Positions 1-11,246 of a stretch of DNA of 64,000 bases are shown here, piece by piece. The stretch is from Fibrobacteria bacterium. GTDB taxonomy: Bacteria; Fibrobacterota; Fibrobacteria; UBA11236. How positions within the stretch are numbered: the first letter of the stretch is position 1; the number at the start of each line of letters is the position of its first letter. Under the pieces are notes generated by a model that searched no databases, was not told the origin of the DNA, and was given only the letters and a program-made list of their open reading frames with translations. The position numbers and the translations under genes are program-made. The DNA lies in the NCBI GenBank assembly GCA_043745805.1, contig JAYTSD010000017.1, positions 191,345-255,344 on the forward strand, written 5' to 3'.

Positions 1-450
1 GCAATTGATTTATTTCCCCGTAAAGAAAATACCAGTGGTGAAGTCAGTCTTTGGCATGCTAAAAAATGGGTATTGATTTGGGGAGCTATTAGCACATTAA
101 CAGCTTCGCTTTGTGCCTTAGGCAATGTTTCTTTATTATCGAAAGCTTTATTCTTTACTTCGCTTTTTACCGGTCCCCTTTTAGGCATGTTTTTATTAGC
201 CTTCTTTGCCCCCTTTGTTAAGCCTTTGGCCGTTATACTTGGCGTCTTTGCGGGCATAGCTGCTTTATTACCTTTTTTACAAATCCCTATCTTTCCCGAT
301 TTATGGTGGAAGCCAATTTATGCTTTTGCTTGGCCTTGGAATCCTTTAATCGCCTTAAGTGCAATGCTCGTAACGTCCTTGTTACTTAATTTGGTTTTAC
401 CGAATCAAAAAAACCAGCAAAAAGATCAGCGGAGAGAATTATATGCTTGA
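1..450 (+). CDS. C-terminal part of a multi-TM transporter, probably sodium:solute symporter family (5' truncated by the window edge)
   Basis: Frame is open from base 1 (AIDLFPRK...). Hydrophobic helices with 'SLFTGPLLGMFLLAFF', typical of SSS C-termini. Confidence 0.6.
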   Translation, partial: AIDLFPRKENTSGEVSLWHAKKWVLIWGAISTLTASLCALGNVSLLSKALFFTSLFTGPLLGMFLLAFFAPFVKPLAVILGVFAGIAALLPFLQIPIFPDLWWKPIYAFAWPWNPLIALSAMLVTSLLLNLVLPNQKNQQKDQRRELYA

Positions 451-913
451 GCTTCCCGACGATAATTTTTTCATGCAACATGCCATTCGTGAAGCGGAAT
501 GGGCTTATCGCGAAAGAGAAGTGCCGATAGGTTGTGTAATAGTCAAAGAAGGCATCATAATTGGTAAAGGCTATAATCGCGTAGAAGCTTTACATGATCC
601 CACTGCACATGCCGAAATCATTGCTATTGGAGCGGCCTGCAATCAATTAGAGAATTGGCGCTTAGAGGGCTGTACGTTGTATTGCACTTTAGAGCCTTGT
701 CCTATGTGCGCGGGAGCGATTTTGAATTCGCGAATTTCCAAAGTGGTTTATGGATCGCGCGATAAAAGATTAGGCGCTTTAGGATCCACTTATAATATCT
801 TGGAGAATAATCCGCTTAATCGCCCAGTGGAAGTATTACACAATGTAATGCCTGAAGAATGCTTGGGATTGATTCAAGATTTTTTTGCAGAATTAAGAGA
901 AAAAAAAGGGTAA
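443..913 (+). CDS. tadA: tRNA adenosine(34) deaminase
   Basis: EVPIGC, HAE and TLEPCPMCAGAI zinc-deaminase motifs; 156 aa. Confidence 0.93.
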   Translation: MLELPDDNFFMQHAIREAEWAYREREVPIGCVIVKEGIIIGKGYNRVEALHDPTAHAEIIAIGAACNQLENWRLEGCTLYCTLEPCPMCAGAILNSRISKVVYGSRDKRLGALGSTYNILENNPLNRPVEVLHNVMPEECLGLIQDFFAELREKKG

Positions 914-928
914 CCTAAAAGCTACCCT
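907..928. terminator. Possible hairpin between convergent tadA and rdgB
   Basis: AGGGTA...TACCCT inverted repeat at the tadA stop; short stem. Confidence 0.3.
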
Positions 929-955
929 AATCTGTTTTAGCGGCTAATTCGGGGG

Positions 956-1561
956 CTAAATTTTTCCTGCGTCAGAAAGCCATTTCAGCCATTGATACAA
1001 AGCCAAAGTACGGTGGCTACCACGAGCTTTTATTTCACTACCCATTTCCGCAAAAGTATAAGTTGTGCCATCGGGAATAAATAAGCTGTCATAACCAAAC
1101 CCTTGTGTGCCACGCTCTTCGGTGGCAATAGTGCCATTACATACGCCAGTAAAAAAATAAGGTTTACTATTGGTTTTTAAATAGCAAAGGACGCAAACAA
1201 AGCGCGCACGACGATTGGTTTTACCCTGCATAGTCTCTAAAAGTTTTTGGCGATTATGCGCTTCATTGGCCTGAGGGCCGGCAAAGCGTGCGGAATAAAT
1301 TCCCGGCGCATCACCTAAGGCCTCAACCTCTAAACCACTGTCATCACTGAGTACAGGCGATTGACTAAAACGAGATAAAACTTTTGCTTTCAATAAAGCA
1401 TTTTCAGCAAAGGTTTCGCCGGTTTCAGGAATTTCTTCCACAAAACCAATTTCTTTGGAGGACATAACTAAAAAACCCAAGGGAGATAATAATGAAACTA
1501 TTTCTTGAGTCTTACCCGCATTGGCGCTAGCTAGGACGATTTTTCTTTGAAATTCTGACAT
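956..1561 (-). CDS. rdgB: Non-canonical purine NTP pyrophosphatase (HAM1 family)
   Basis: ASANAGK, DDSGL, PGIYSARF, GFGYD and SHR motifs. Confidence 0.93.
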   Translation of the reverse strand: MSEFQRKIVLASANAGKTQEIVSLLSPLGFLVMSSKEIGFVEEIPETGETFAENALLKAKVLSRFSQSPVLSDDSGLEVEALGDAPGIYSARFAGPQANEAHNRQKLLETMQGKTNRRARFVCVLCYLKTNSKPYFFTGVCNGTIATEERGTQGFGYDSLFIPDGTTYTFAEMGSEIKARGSHRTLALYQWLKWLSDAGKI

Positions 1562-1568
1562 AAGAATA

Positions 1569-4100
1569 TTATACCGGTTTTACTACGAAGTTAACCAGTT
1601 TATCCTTTACTATAATAATTTTTATGACTTGTTGATTCTCTAAATAAGTACTGAATTTAGGCTCTTGTTTGGCAAGGATTTCGAGTTCACTTTCCAATGT
1701 TCCTTTTTGCACTTCCAAACGTACGCGCACTTTCCCATTGGTTTGTAACACTACGGTTACGGTATTTTCAACGGTCAAAGCTTCTTCATAAGTTGGCCAA
1801 GTTACATAAGTTAGCGTTTCCGTATGCCCTAGGGATTCCCATACCTCTTCCGCAAAATGAGGTGCAAAGGGTGCAACTAATAAAGCCAATGTTTCGGCGA
1901 CCTTGCGAGAAACCGAACCCGTTTTTTCATGGTCTTCACTCAACTCATTGCAAAAAATCATTAATTGCGATATCGCGGTATTGAAGCGAAGATGTTCAAT
2001 ATCTTCGGTAACTTTTTTAATGGTTTGATGTAACCGTTTTTGAATTAACTCCGAAGGACCGTCTTCACTTAATCGTAAAGTTGATTTTTCATCGCCAACG
2101 GTTAAACGCCAAACCTTATTTAAAAAACGCCATAAGCCTTCTATACCAGCGGTTTGCCAAGGCTTCTGCCTTTCCAATGGCCCCATAAACATTTCATATA
2201 AGCGCATAGAATCCGCGCCATAATCCTTAATCACATCATCAGGATTTACCACATTACCCCGTGACTTTGACATTTTTTCGCCATCTTCACCAAGGATTAA
2301 TCCTTGATTTACCAATTTGTAAAACGGTTCAGTTTGCGAAACCAAGCCCAGATCAAAAAGAAATTTATGCCAAAAGCGAGCGTATAATAAATGCAATACG
2401 GCATGCTCAGCCCCACCGATATATAAATCGACGGGCATCCAATATTTTTCCGCGTCCTTACTAAAAGGCTCCAAATCGTTCATCGGATCGAGATAACGCA
2501 AAAAATACCAACTCGAACCCGCCCATTGCGGCATGGTATTTAATTCGCGCATGCCATGTAAGGAAACCTCGGCGTTACTGTAATTAAGCCAATCTTTAGC
2601 CTTCGCGAGTGGTGGTTCAAAAGTTCCCGTAGGTTTAAAATCTTCTAGGGCTGGCAACTTAATTGGCAAATCACTATCGGGTACCGCTTCGGTTCCATTT
2701 GCACCGTGTACAATAGGAAAGGGTTCGCCCCAATATCTTTGACGTGAAAAAAGCCAGTCGCGTAAACGATACTGCGTTTTAGCCTGACCGATTTTTTTTG
2801 CTTCCAGCCATGCAATCATTTTGCTTTTAGCAACTTCGGCATTTAAGCCATTTAAGAAATCAGAATTAATCAGCAATCCATCGGCAGTATAGGCTTCTTT
2901 GCCAATTTCTCCACCAGCGATGACTTCCATAATAGGCAAAGAAAATTTTTTGGCAAAGGCATAATCCCTTACATCATGCGCAGGTACAGCCATAATGGCG
3001 CCAGTGCCATAACCCATCATGACATAATCCGCCGTCCAAATAGGTATTTGCTGACCATTCACAGGATTAATAGCAAAGGCTCCGGTAAACACACCAGATT
3101 TTTCTTTTTCTATGCCACGTTCTAAATCCGATTTACTACTCGATTCTTTTCGATAGGCTTTCACGGCTTCTTTTTGCACAGGAGTAGTAATAATATCAAG
3201 TAATGGATGTTCTGGCGCTACCACCATATAGGTTGCTCCGAATAAGGTATCGGGACGGGTGGTAAAAATTTCTAAGGAAAACTCATGGCCCACTAAAGCA
3301 AAATGCATTTCCGCACCGATGGATTTACCCACCCAATTTCTTTGCATTTGTTTAATGGAATCGGGCCAATCTAATCCATTTAAATCGGAAAGTAATCTTT
3401 CGGCATATGCGGTAATGCGTAACACCCATTGTCGCATTGGTTTACGTTCACAAGGAAATTGACCACGCTCACTATGCCCATCTATTACTTCTTCATTGGC
3501 TAGCACCGTGCCCAATTCTTGGCACCACCATACGGGTACTTCGGCAATATAAGCCATGCGAAATCCGTCTTGATATTTATTAATCGCTAACTTGCCTTGT
3601 ACAGTATTTGGAATCGGTAATTCGGCAATGGGACGAGCCTTTTGCGCAGAAAAATCATACCAATGTTCAAAAAGTTGCTTGAATATCCACTGCGTCCATT
3701 TAAAATAACGAGGATCTGCGGTGCTAATTTCGCGATCCCAATCATAAGAAAATCCTAAGGCGCGGATTTGGCGACGAAAATTATTGATATTGCTTTCTGT
3801 GGTTACCGCAGGATGAGTTCCGGTTTTAATGGCATGCTGTTCGGCAGGTAAACCAAAAGCATCCCAGCCCATTGGATGTAAAACATTAAAGCCTTGCATG
3901 CGTTTATAGCGGCATACTATATCCGTGGCGGTATAACCTTCGGGATGCCCTACATGCAAACCATTTGCGGAGGGATAGGGAAACATATCCAAGCAATAAA
4001 ACTTGGGTTTAGTTTTGTCTTGGCCAGCACGAAATGATTTATTGGCGAGCCAATATTCTTGCCATTTAGGCTCAACCGAATGAGGATTATATCTAGGCAC
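1569..4100 (-). CDS. leuS: Leucine--tRNA ligase
   Basis: MFPYPS..GLHVGH (HIGH), TTRPDT editing domain, KMSKS; GTG start. Confidence 0.97.
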   Translation of the reverse strand: MPRYNPHSVEPKWQEYWLANKSFRAGQDKTKPKFYCLDMFPYPSANGLHVGHPEGYTATDIVCRYKRMQGFNVLHPMGWDAFGLPAEQHAIKTGTHPAVTTESNINNFRRQIRALGFSYDWDREISTADPRYFKWTQWIFKQLFEHWYDFSAQKARPIAELPIPNTVQGKLAINKYQDGFRMAYIAEVPVWWCQELGTVLANEEVIDGHSERGQFPCERKPMRQWVLRITAYAERLLSDLNGLDWPDSIKQMQRNWVGKSIGAEMHFALVGHEFSLEIFTTRPDTLFGATYMVVAPEHPLLDIITTPVQKEAVKAYRKESSSKSDLERGIEKEKSGVFTGAFAINPVNGQQIPIWTADYVMMGYGTGAIMAVPAHDVRDYAFAKKFSLPIMEVIAGGEIGKEAYTADGLLINSDFLNGLNAEVAKSKMIAWLEAKKIGQAKTQYRLRDWLFSRQRYWGEPFPIVHGANGTEAVPDSDLPIKLPALEDFKPTGTFEPPLAKAKDWLNYSNAEVSLHGMRELNTMPQWAGSSWYFLRYLDPMNDLEPFSKDAEKYWMPVDLYIGGAEHAVLHLLYARFWHKFLFDLGLVSQTEPFYKLVNQGLILGEDGEKMSKSRGNVVNPDDVIKDYGADSMRLYEMFMGPLERQKPWQTAGIEGLWRFLNKVWRLTVGDEKSTLRLSEDGPSELIQKRLHQTIKKVTEDIEHLRFNTAISQLMIFCNELSEDHEKTGSVSRKVAETLALLVAPFAPHFAEEVWESLGHTETLTYVTWPTYEEALTVENTVTVVLQTNGKVRVRLEVQKGTLESELEILAKQEPKFSTYLENQQVIKIIIVKDKLVNFVVKPV

Positions 4101-4242
4101 CTTATATCCTTAGAAAATGTTAGGTAAAGGTAAAAAAAATGCTTCCCCAAAATTGTAATTAACCAAATAACTGAAGGAAATTTAGGCTTGAGTCTTGTAT
4201 ATTTTACGCCCGACATTGGGGATGTCGTTTTGAAAGGTGATC

Positions 4243-5223
4243 ATGAAATTTAGAACATTGGGGAAAACGGGAATTAGTATTTCCGAAATCGGTTTTGGTG
4301 CCTGGGCCCTGGGTGGAGCAATGTGGGCTGGCCAAAATGATGACGATTCATTACAAGCCTTACAACACGCAATCAGCAAGGGTGTCAATTTTATTGATAC
4401 CGCTGCCGGTTATGGTAATGGACATAGTGAAAAAGTTATTGGAAAATTCTTAAGCGGGCAAAAAGAAAAAATTTGGGTTGCAACGAAAATACCTCCCGCA
4501 GCAGGTTCTTGGCCCCCTTCGCCCTATGATAAAATAGAAGACTGTTATCCCGAAAAATATATACGCGAAATGGTGGAAGAACGTCTGCGTTATCTCAATG
4601 TGGATTGCATTGATATTTTACAATTGCATACTTGGACCAGGGCGTGGAATAAAAACCCCAAAGCTTTGGATACCTTACGTAAAATTCAAGCCGAAGGGAA
4701 AATCAAACATATTGGTATATCTACTCCTGAACAGGATCAAAATAGCCTCATTGAATTGATGAGAAAAGGTTATCTCGATGTTGTACAAGTGATTTACAAT
4801 CTCTTTGAACAAGAGCCTGCTGCCGAATTTTTGCCTGCGGCTTTAGAAGCAAAAGTAGGTGTCATTGTGCGCGTGGCCTTTGATGAAGGTTCGCTTACCG
4901 GTAAATTTACTGTCGATTCAAAATTTGCCGAAGGTGATTTTCGTGCCGACTATTTTCATGGCGATCGCTTTCCACGTACCGTACGTCGCGTGGAATTAAT
5001 TAAAAAAGATTTAGTGGGTTCTGGTTATACCATGCCACAAGCGGCTTTGAAATTTGTATTGGCGCATCCTGCTGTTGGAGTAGTTATTCCTGGCATACGT
5101 AATATTGCACAAGCCGAGGCTAATACTTCGGTTTCGGATATGACGCCGATGCCTCAAAGCTTACTCGAAAAATTACATGCACATAATTGGTTACGAGGAA
5201 ACTGGTATCCGGGAAATTTATAA
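4243..5223 (+). CDS. Aldo/keto reductase
   Basis: LGKTG..SEIGFG, FIDTAAGYG and VIPG motifs. ATG at 4243 follows an AAGGTG RBS. Confidence 0.9.
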   Translation: MKFRTLGKTGISISEIGFGAWALGGAMWAGQNDDDSLQALQHAISKGVNFIDTAAGYGNGHSEKVIGKFLSGQKEKIWVATKIPPAAGSWPPSPYDKIEDCYPEKYIREMVEERLRYLNVDCIDILQLHTWTRAWNKNPKALDTLRKIQAEGKIKHIGISTPEQDQNSLIELMRKGYLDVVQVIYNLFEQEPAAEFLPAALEAKVGVIVRVAFDEGSLTGKFTVDSKFAEGDFRADYFHGDRFPRTVRRVELIKKDLVGSGYTMPQAALKFVLAHPAVGVVIPGIRNIAQAEANTSVSDMTPMPQSLLEKLHAHNWLRGNWYPGNL

Positions 5224-5311
5224 ACTTAAGCGCTAACCACATGCTACTTATGCGTTACCTGGAGTTACCTTTAACTTTCAAGTGAGAGGTAACCTTTAAT
5301 TAATCGCTAAA

Positions 5312-5977
5312 TTATTCTACAAATCGAATCGGCGAATTACGATCCACGCCTACGGCACTGCGTTCATAAAAATCTGCCAATAATCGCAATCTTTCCGGCT
5401 CCGATAATACAAAATTTTCACGCCCTTTTTTTTCCATCCAACGATCCACGGTGGAAATCAATACTCCCCCACAAACGGACACATTCATGCTTTCGGTGAG
5501 ACCACGTTGCGGTATTTTAAAAGCTATGTCGGCAGCGGCAATTGTGTCGGGATGATTGCCTAAGGTTTCGGATCCTAAATAAAAAGCCGTCGGCTTAGAA
5601 AAGTCTAAATCCTGTAAATAGGTTGTGGCATTGGTAGAGGCCACAGCCACCTGATAACCTTTGGCTTTAAGATTTTGTAAACAGGTACTGCGTTTTTTAT
5701 AACGATAAATATCCAACCATTTATAACTGCCTTTTAAAATGGAGCGTGTAATGGCATAAGCATTCACTTCTTCGATAACATGTACATCTTGCAATCCAAA
5801 GACTTCGCAAGTGCGAATCACCGCACTAATATTATGTTGATCTTTTAAATCTTCCATCACCATGGTGAAATAACGAGTACGCTGATTAACGGTTTTTTGT
5901 AATAAATCACGACGCGCAGGAGTTAATTTAAAAGCATATTTTTCAATTAATGCTTGTATTTCGGGCACATTTTCCAT
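5312..5977 (-). CDS. trmH: tRNA (Gm18) 2'-O-methyltransferase, SpoU/TrmH family
   Basis: HNISAVIRTCE, LGSE and ESMNVSV SPOUT motifs. Confidence 0.85.
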   Translation of the reverse strand: MENVPEIQALIEKYAFKLTPARRDLLQKTVNQRTRYFTMVMEDLKDQHNISAVIRTCEVFGLQDVHVIEEVNAYAITRSILKGSYKWLDIYRYKKRSTCLQNLKAKGYQVAVASTNATTYLQDLDFSKPTAFYLGSETLGNHPDTIAAADIAFKIPQRGLTESMNVSVCGGVLISTVDRWMEKKGRENFVLSEPERLRLLADFYERSAVGVDRNSPIRFVE

Positions 5978-5978
5978 G

Positions 5979-6875
5979 CTAGGGTAATTTCAAAAGTGAG
6001 TCTATTTTCATTTTATCTTCCAATGACCATTGAGGATCTTTTCGGAGTGAATCGGCACCTCCATTGGCAAGCTTTTGTGCCGAACTGGTAATGTCTAAAA
6101 GTACATCATGAATTTTTCCATCGACAATTTTTTTGAAAAGTCCCAAATTCATAATCCCATTAATAACTCCATTACCAGGGAATACTAAAATTTTCATTTT
6201 ATAATAAAGTCCTTTTTGCGGATCGCGATAATAAGAAAATTCTAAGAGAGCTGGTCCTTTTAATTTCCACCAAGCAATTTCCGCGACACCTTGTCCAAAA
6301 TAAAATAAGCGTTTTTCGGTGAAGTTTCCTGAAATGAACCGTGCTTCTCCACTTAAGCGTTTGCCCTTAGTGCCTTTAAAAAAATTATGTGTCGTATCCA
6401 CATAGACCGCAGTATATTGCTCGGTTTGAAAATAACTGACTAATTTAGCGGCAAATGGTAAATCACTGAGTAAATATTCTAAACGTTTTTCACTAATCGG
6501 TACAAAATCTTCAATAATATAAATGACGCGATATTCCATACCTAAAAAGCGATAGAGTTTATAACCCACGGTAGGATTATCAGGACCTATGCCTCGCTGA
6601 TTCAATAATCGGCCTTCGGCACAACGTGTGGAATCATAGCTAAAATTACTTTTTCCTAAGGCAGTAGAGTCAGGACAATAGGTCGCTTGTTTAGGTAACC
6701 CGCAATGCCAAATGAATTGACAATAATCTCTTTGCCCTTCAGAAAGGGTAATAGAAACTTGGGTATTAGCGCGCGGCGCTGTATTGGGAGTGGCGGACCT
6801 AGCTTTGGAATTTCCCGCATTCAGCAAGGCCCAGGCCGCCAATACGCAAAATCCAATGCTAAAAATCCGCCGCAT
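5979..6875 (-). CDS. Hypothetical exported protein with a Cys-rich N-terminal region
   Basis: 298-aa ORF with a signal-like N-terminus, in operon position between fabF and trmH; no family recognised. Confidence 0.7.
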   Translation of the reverse strand: MRRIFSIGFCVLAAWALLNAGNSKARSATPNTAPRANTQVSITLSEGQRDYCQFIWHCGLPKQATYCPDSTALGKSNFSYDSTRCAEGRLLNQRGIGPDNPTVGYKLYRFLGMEYRVIYIIEDFVPISEKRLEYLLSDLPFAAKLVSYFQTEQYTAVYVDTTHNFFKGTKGKRLSGEARFISGNFTEKRLFYFGQGVAEIAWWKLKGPALLEFSYYRDPQKGLYYKMKILVFPGNGVINGIMNLGLFKKIVDGKIHDVLLDITSSAQKLANGGADSLRKDPQWSLEDKMKIDSLLKLP

Positions 6876-6895
6876 ATAACTTAAGCTAAAAAAAA

Positions 6896-8137
6896 TTAAT
6901 GCTCAAAGCTTTTAAAAATTAAGGTGCAATTATGTCCGCCAAAACCAAAGGAATTAGATAATACCGCCTTGACCTTTTTTTCCTGCGCGACATTCGCGAC
7001 ATAATTTAAATCACACTCTTCATCTTTTTCAGTTTGATTAATAGTGGGATGAACAATGTCCTGAGTTAAGGCTTGAATATCCGCTATGGCTTCCACGGCC
7101 CCAGCCGCACCCAATAAATGACCAATCATCGATTTAGTGGAATGCACTAAAAGTTTATTAGCATGCTCGCCAAAACATTTTTTGATGGCTTTGGTTTCTC
7201 CAGCGTCGCCTAGTGGAGTGGACGTACCATGTGCGTTAACCACATCAATATCTTCAGGATTCATTTTTGCCGAAGCCAGCGCCAATTTCATAGCGCGATA
7301 GCCGCCATTACCTTCGGGATGAGGAGCCGTAATGTGATGTGCATCACAAGTTTGTCCAAAACCAACTATCTCAGCATAAATTCTGGCGCCACGTGCCTTG
7401 GCATGATCCAAACTTTCAAATACCAAAACGCCCGAACCTTCGCTCATAACAAAACCATCACGGCCTTTATCAAAAGGACGAGATGCCTCAGTAGGGCTTT
7501 CATTGCGGGTAGAAAGAGCTTTCATATTCGCAAAGCCGGCATAAATAATTTCACAAAGTGTAGACTCTGATCCACCAGTGAACATAATGTCGGCATCGCC
7601 ACGCTTAATAATTTCAAACGCTTCCCCCATACTATGATTTGCGCTGGCGCAAGCAGACAACATGGTAAAATTTGGGCCTTGCAAATTATTTTCAATGGCA
7701 AAATAAGCGGGAACCGTATTGGCTAACATCATAGGAATAAAAAATGGAGAAACACGACGATGACCTTTTTCAATCATCACGCGCATATCCGATTCGAATA
7801 CACCTGTGCCACCGATACCTGTACCAATAGCCACACCCGCACGTTCGGGATCAAAATGTCCTTTTAAACCGGCATCTTCCATCGCTTGCGTTGCGGCCAC
7901 ATGGGCATATACTACACAACGATCTAAACGCTTCGCCATTTTCTGATCTTTGAAAAAGGGCAAATAATCAAAGTCCGCCACTTGACCGCCAATGCGACTA
8001 GTCATGGTGCTATTATCAAATCGATCCACTATGCGAATTCCACTTTGGCCGGCAGCTAATTTTTTCCAATAGTCTTCCACATTCAAGGCTAAAGGATTAA
8101 TCGTTCCCAAGCCTGTTATTACTACTCTTTGACTCAT
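6896..8137 (-). CDS. fabF: 3-oxoacyl-ACP synthase II
   Basis: SACAS active-site Cys, NAHGTST, KSMIGHLLGAAG, SNSFGFGGHN. Confidence 0.95.
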   Translation of the reverse strand: MSQRVVITGLGTINPLALNVEDYWKKLAAGQSGIRIVDRFDNSTMTSRIGGQVADFDYLPFFKDQKMAKRLDRCVVYAHVAATQAMEDAGLKGHFDPERAGVAIGTGIGGTGVFESDMRVMIEKGHRRVSPFFIPMMLANTVPAYFAIENNLQGPNFTMLSACASANHSMGEAFEIIKRGDADIMFTGGSESTLCEIIYAGFANMKALSTRNESPTEASRPFDKGRDGFVMSEGSGVLVFESLDHAKARGARIYAEIVGFGQTCDAHHITAPHPEGNGGYRAMKLALASAKMNPEDIDVVNAHGTSTPLGDAGETKAIKKCFGEHANKLLVHSTKSMIGHLLGAAGAVEAIADIQALTQDIVHPTINQTEKDEECDLNYVANVAQEKKVKAVLSNSFGFGGHNCTLIFKSFEH

Positions 8138-9672
8138 TATTTTTTTCCTGTTGCTTTAGTTGCATTAGGAAGTGCAAGTGCTTCCCGTTTTTCGATTTCT
8201 TCAGTAGTTAAAAAATGTACGACCCCAAAATCACTAAGTTGAGCATTATGCTTTTCATCTTTTGCTAATAACGCAGCCTTTGGCCCAACAATGACAATGC
8301 GCATAGAATCGGGATTAAAATATTTGGCAAAAGTTTGTTCTACTTCAGATTTTGTCATAGCTTGAATCGTTTTCACATATTCGGTGAAATGATTTAAATC
8401 TCTTTTCCAAATTTCTCCTTGTGCAAAAATGGAAGCGGTTGCTGAAGGGGTATCAAAAGTAGAAGGCAAACTTTTAATTAAACCATCCTTCGCTCTTTGT
8501 AATTCTTCATCGGTTATGCCTTCTTTAGCCATTTTCAACATTTCTTCTTTAATCAATTTCAAAGCATAAGCCGCGGTTTCCACCTTGGTTTGTAAGGAAA
8601 CATATACGGTACCTGACCTTTCATAATCACTGACAACCTCACTGCCGATGCCATAGGCTAGGCCTTCATTCGAGCGTACCCGAGTTACCAAGCGAGAAGT
8701 AAAGCCCCCATCGCCAAAAATGGAGCTGGCCACAATTAAGCGATAATAGTCTGGATGAGGACGTTGCACACCCATAGCCGAAAGTTTAATAGTGGCTTGG
8801 GAAAAAGTTTTATCCACCACATAAACACCAGCAGTTTGTGGGCCTTTAAAAGATGGGGTTTTAATGACGCTATCAATTACGCTAACTTTTGGTTTAGGAA
8901 ATTTTGCGACCAAGGCATTCAAATTTTTCAGCATCTCTTCGCGATTAAATTGACCCGACACCGCGATCACTAAATTTTGCGAGGTAAAGCCTTTTCCCAA
9001 TAAGAATTTTAATTCCGAAGGCGTCAGTTTTAATATTTCTTTTTCTTGAGGCATCCAATTGGAAGGATGACTTCCATACATAACGAATTCAGAAGCCGTT
9101 CCCATTACTCCACGAGGAGTATCATAGCGGTGACGTATGGCCTCCCCTATTTTTTTCTGTTGTAATTTAAAAACCTCAGGATCCAGACGCGGCTGTAAAA
9201 CTATTCCAGGCAATAATTGCAAAAGGGGATAAAAATCCTTCTGCATACAATTTATGCCCATTTCACTTTGGTAATCTCCCACATGTGCGGAGAGCGAGGC
9301 GGCGACAAATTCTAAAGTATCTTCCAATTTTTCGGGTGAAAAACGTTTAGTACCACCCGTTTTTAACAAGGACGCATATAAAGTGACTGCCGCTACTTCG
9401 GACGGTTTTAAAGGTAAATTCGGAACTCCAAAATAAAGCGTCATCGAGATCAAGCCGAGCGTGCTATCGGGTACCAAATAAGCTATGGCTCCCCCATCTA
9501 ATGCAATGCGAAAATCTTGGGGAGCGGGCGGATTATATTCCCAATTTGGAAAATTTATTTTTGAATAATGACTAGGCAAAGCATTTGCATCGGATTTGGT
9601 TACTGTGGTTTTAGCGTAGGCAATGCTTAAGCTCATTCCAAGGAGTACGGTGAATTGTTTTAGCGTTTTCAT
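8137..9672 (-). CDS. M16 family peptidase, non-catalytic (beta-type) subunit, exported
   Basis: SRL...VRSNEGLAY motif, no HxxEH, signal peptide. Confidence 0.85.
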   Translation of the reverse strand: MKTLKQFTVLLGMSLSIAYAKTTVTKSDANALPSHYSKINFPNWEYNPPAPQDFRIALDGGAIAYLVPDSTLGLISMTLYFGVPNLPLKPSEVAAVTLYASLLKTGGTKRFSPEKLEDTLEFVAASLSAHVGDYQSEMGINCMQKDFYPLLQLLPGIVLQPRLDPEVFKLQQKKIGEAIRHRYDTPRGVMGTASEFVMYGSHPSNWMPQEKEILKLTPSELKFLLGKGFTSQNLVIAVSGQFNREEMLKNLNALVAKFPKPKVSVIDSVIKTPSFKGPQTAGVYVVDKTFSQATIKLSAMGVQRPHPDYYRLIVASSIFGDGGFTSRLVTRVRSNEGLAYGIGSEVVSDYERSGTVYVSLQTKVETAAYALKLIKEEMLKMAKEGITDEELQRAKDGLIKSLPSTFDTPSATASIFAQGEIWKRDLNHFTEYVKTIQAMTKSEVEQTFAKYFNPDSMRIVIVGPKAALLAKDEKHNAQLSDFGVVHFLTTEEIEKREALALPNATKATGKK

Positions 9673-11243
9673 TTGCCTTCCTCCCCTTCGGTTATTTTAG
9701 CCTGGGACAGCGTATTTTTTTTATCGGTTTTTTCTTTACTCAATGGTTTTATTTCTGGAATCAAAATGCCAACCGTAGATTTTTTTTTCAAAAAATATTC
9801 TTTGGCAATCCTTTGCACATCATCGGCGGTTACCTTTTGCACATTTGCAGGGAAAGTATTAATATTATTCCAGCCTCCACGCATTTCCCAATAAGCCAGT
9901 TCGGTTGCTAATTCATCAAGGTCTTCTAAAGATCTTTGGCTGCGCGCAAGTACTTGATTTTTTGCGCGTTGCAATTCTCTTTCACTAATTGGTTTTTCAG
10001 CTAATTCATTGAGTACTTCCCAAATAGCACTTTCCACTTTATCGGCTTTTGGATTCGGACCTAATTGTGCGGATATGGAAAAGTTAGATGTGTATTTATC
10101 TACCCCATTTCCTCCATCTGCCGAAGTTGCAATTTTTAAATCCTTCACTAATTTTTTATACAATCTTCCGCTTTTACCGGAGAGCACTCCTTCCAAAATA
10201 TCGAAGGTATATAAGTCTGCATCTGGGAAACCAGGTGTGTGAAAAAGCATGTCCAAACGAGGTTCGGCGGCATTTTTTTCAACAATCATTCGCTTCTGTC
10301 CAATTTGGGGTGGCTCCTGGGTTAATACCGGAGGAAAATCTGCACCGCGTTTAATGGGGGCAAAATATTGTTTTATTTTCTCCAAAGCCTCCGGAGCATT
10401 GATATCACCGGCTAATACTAAAATGCAATTATTGGGTTTATAAAAACTTTTATAATGGGCCGCTGCCGCTGCTTGCGATAATGCTTTTATATCCGAAGGA
10501 TAACCGATAGTAGGAAATCGAAAAGGATGCGCTTCATAAAATACGCCCATTAAACTTTCCCAGTAGCGCCCGGTAGGACTGTCTTCTACGCGCATACGAC
10601 GTTCTTCTTGTACCACATCACGTTCAGGATAAAATTCGCGTAAGATTGCATTTTGCATACGATCGGATTCCAACCAAAGAAACAAATCCACTTTATTTTT
10701 AGGTAAAGACACAATATAGGCTGTCATTAAATCCGAGGTAAAAGCATTCAGTCCCGTGCCACCATTTTTTTCATAGGCTTCCCATAACTCGTATTTATGT
10801 ATGAGCTTACGTTGTTCACTTAATAAAGAATCGTATTGATGACGTAAGTTCAAGGTTTTACCGGAATCAAGTGGTAACAAAGCAGTTACGGCCTCTAAAT
10901 TCATCATTACATTTTCAATTTTGCTTTCGAGAACGGCATCCGCTACGGAATCAACGGTCCCCACTTTTTTCGTGCCTTTAAAAAGCATATGCTCCAATAA
11001 ATGCGCAATACCAGTATGGCCTGGTGCTTCATGCACCGATCCTGTAACGTAGAAGATACGACAAGACACAATAGGCGCACGATGATTAGGATATAAAATC
11101 ACCTTTAAACCATTGTCTAATACGGTATATTGAGCGGCGATTTCCGCTTGCACTAGCGAGGTCATTGCCAAGGCGGCCATATTCACAAGCCCTAAAATTT
11201 TAAATCCTCGAGTAATTAACTTTGTTAGGAAAATGTTTGGCAT
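9669..11243 (-). CDS. M16 family zinc peptidase, catalytic subunit, exported
   Basis: GIAHLLEHMLFKGT (HxxEH), NAFTS, ERDVVQEERR. Confidence 0.9.
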   Translation of the reverse strand: MPNIFLTKLITRGFKILGLVNMAALAMTSLVQAEIAAQYTVLDNGLKVILYPNHRAPIVSCRIFYVTGSVHEAPGHTGIAHLLEHMLFKGTKKVGTVDSVADAVLESKIENVMMNLEAVTALLPLDSGKTLNLRHQYDSLLSEQRKLIHKYELWEAYEKNGGTGLNAFTSDLMTAYIVSLPKNKVDLFLWLESDRMQNAILREFYPERDVVQEERRMRVEDSPTGRYWESLMGVFYEAHPFRFPTIGYPSDIKALSQAAAAAHYKSFYKPNNCILVLAGDINAPEALEKIKQYFAPIKRGADFPPVLTQEPPQIGQKRMIVEKNAAEPRLDMLFHTPGFPDADLYTFDILEGVLSGKSGRLYKKLVKDLKIATSADGGNGVDKYTSNFSISAQLGPNPKADKVESAIWEVLNELAEKPISERELQRAKNQVLARSQRSLEDLDELATELAYWEMRGGWNNINTFPANVQKVTADDVQRIAKEYFLKKKSTVGILIPEIKPLSKEKTDKKNTLSQAKITEGEEGK

Positions 11244-11246
11244 AGA

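Noticed and set aside
5250-5296. GTTACCT twice plus an inverted AGGTAAC between convergent genes
   Set aside because: Short; probably a terminator-like hairpin, with too little support for a specific call.
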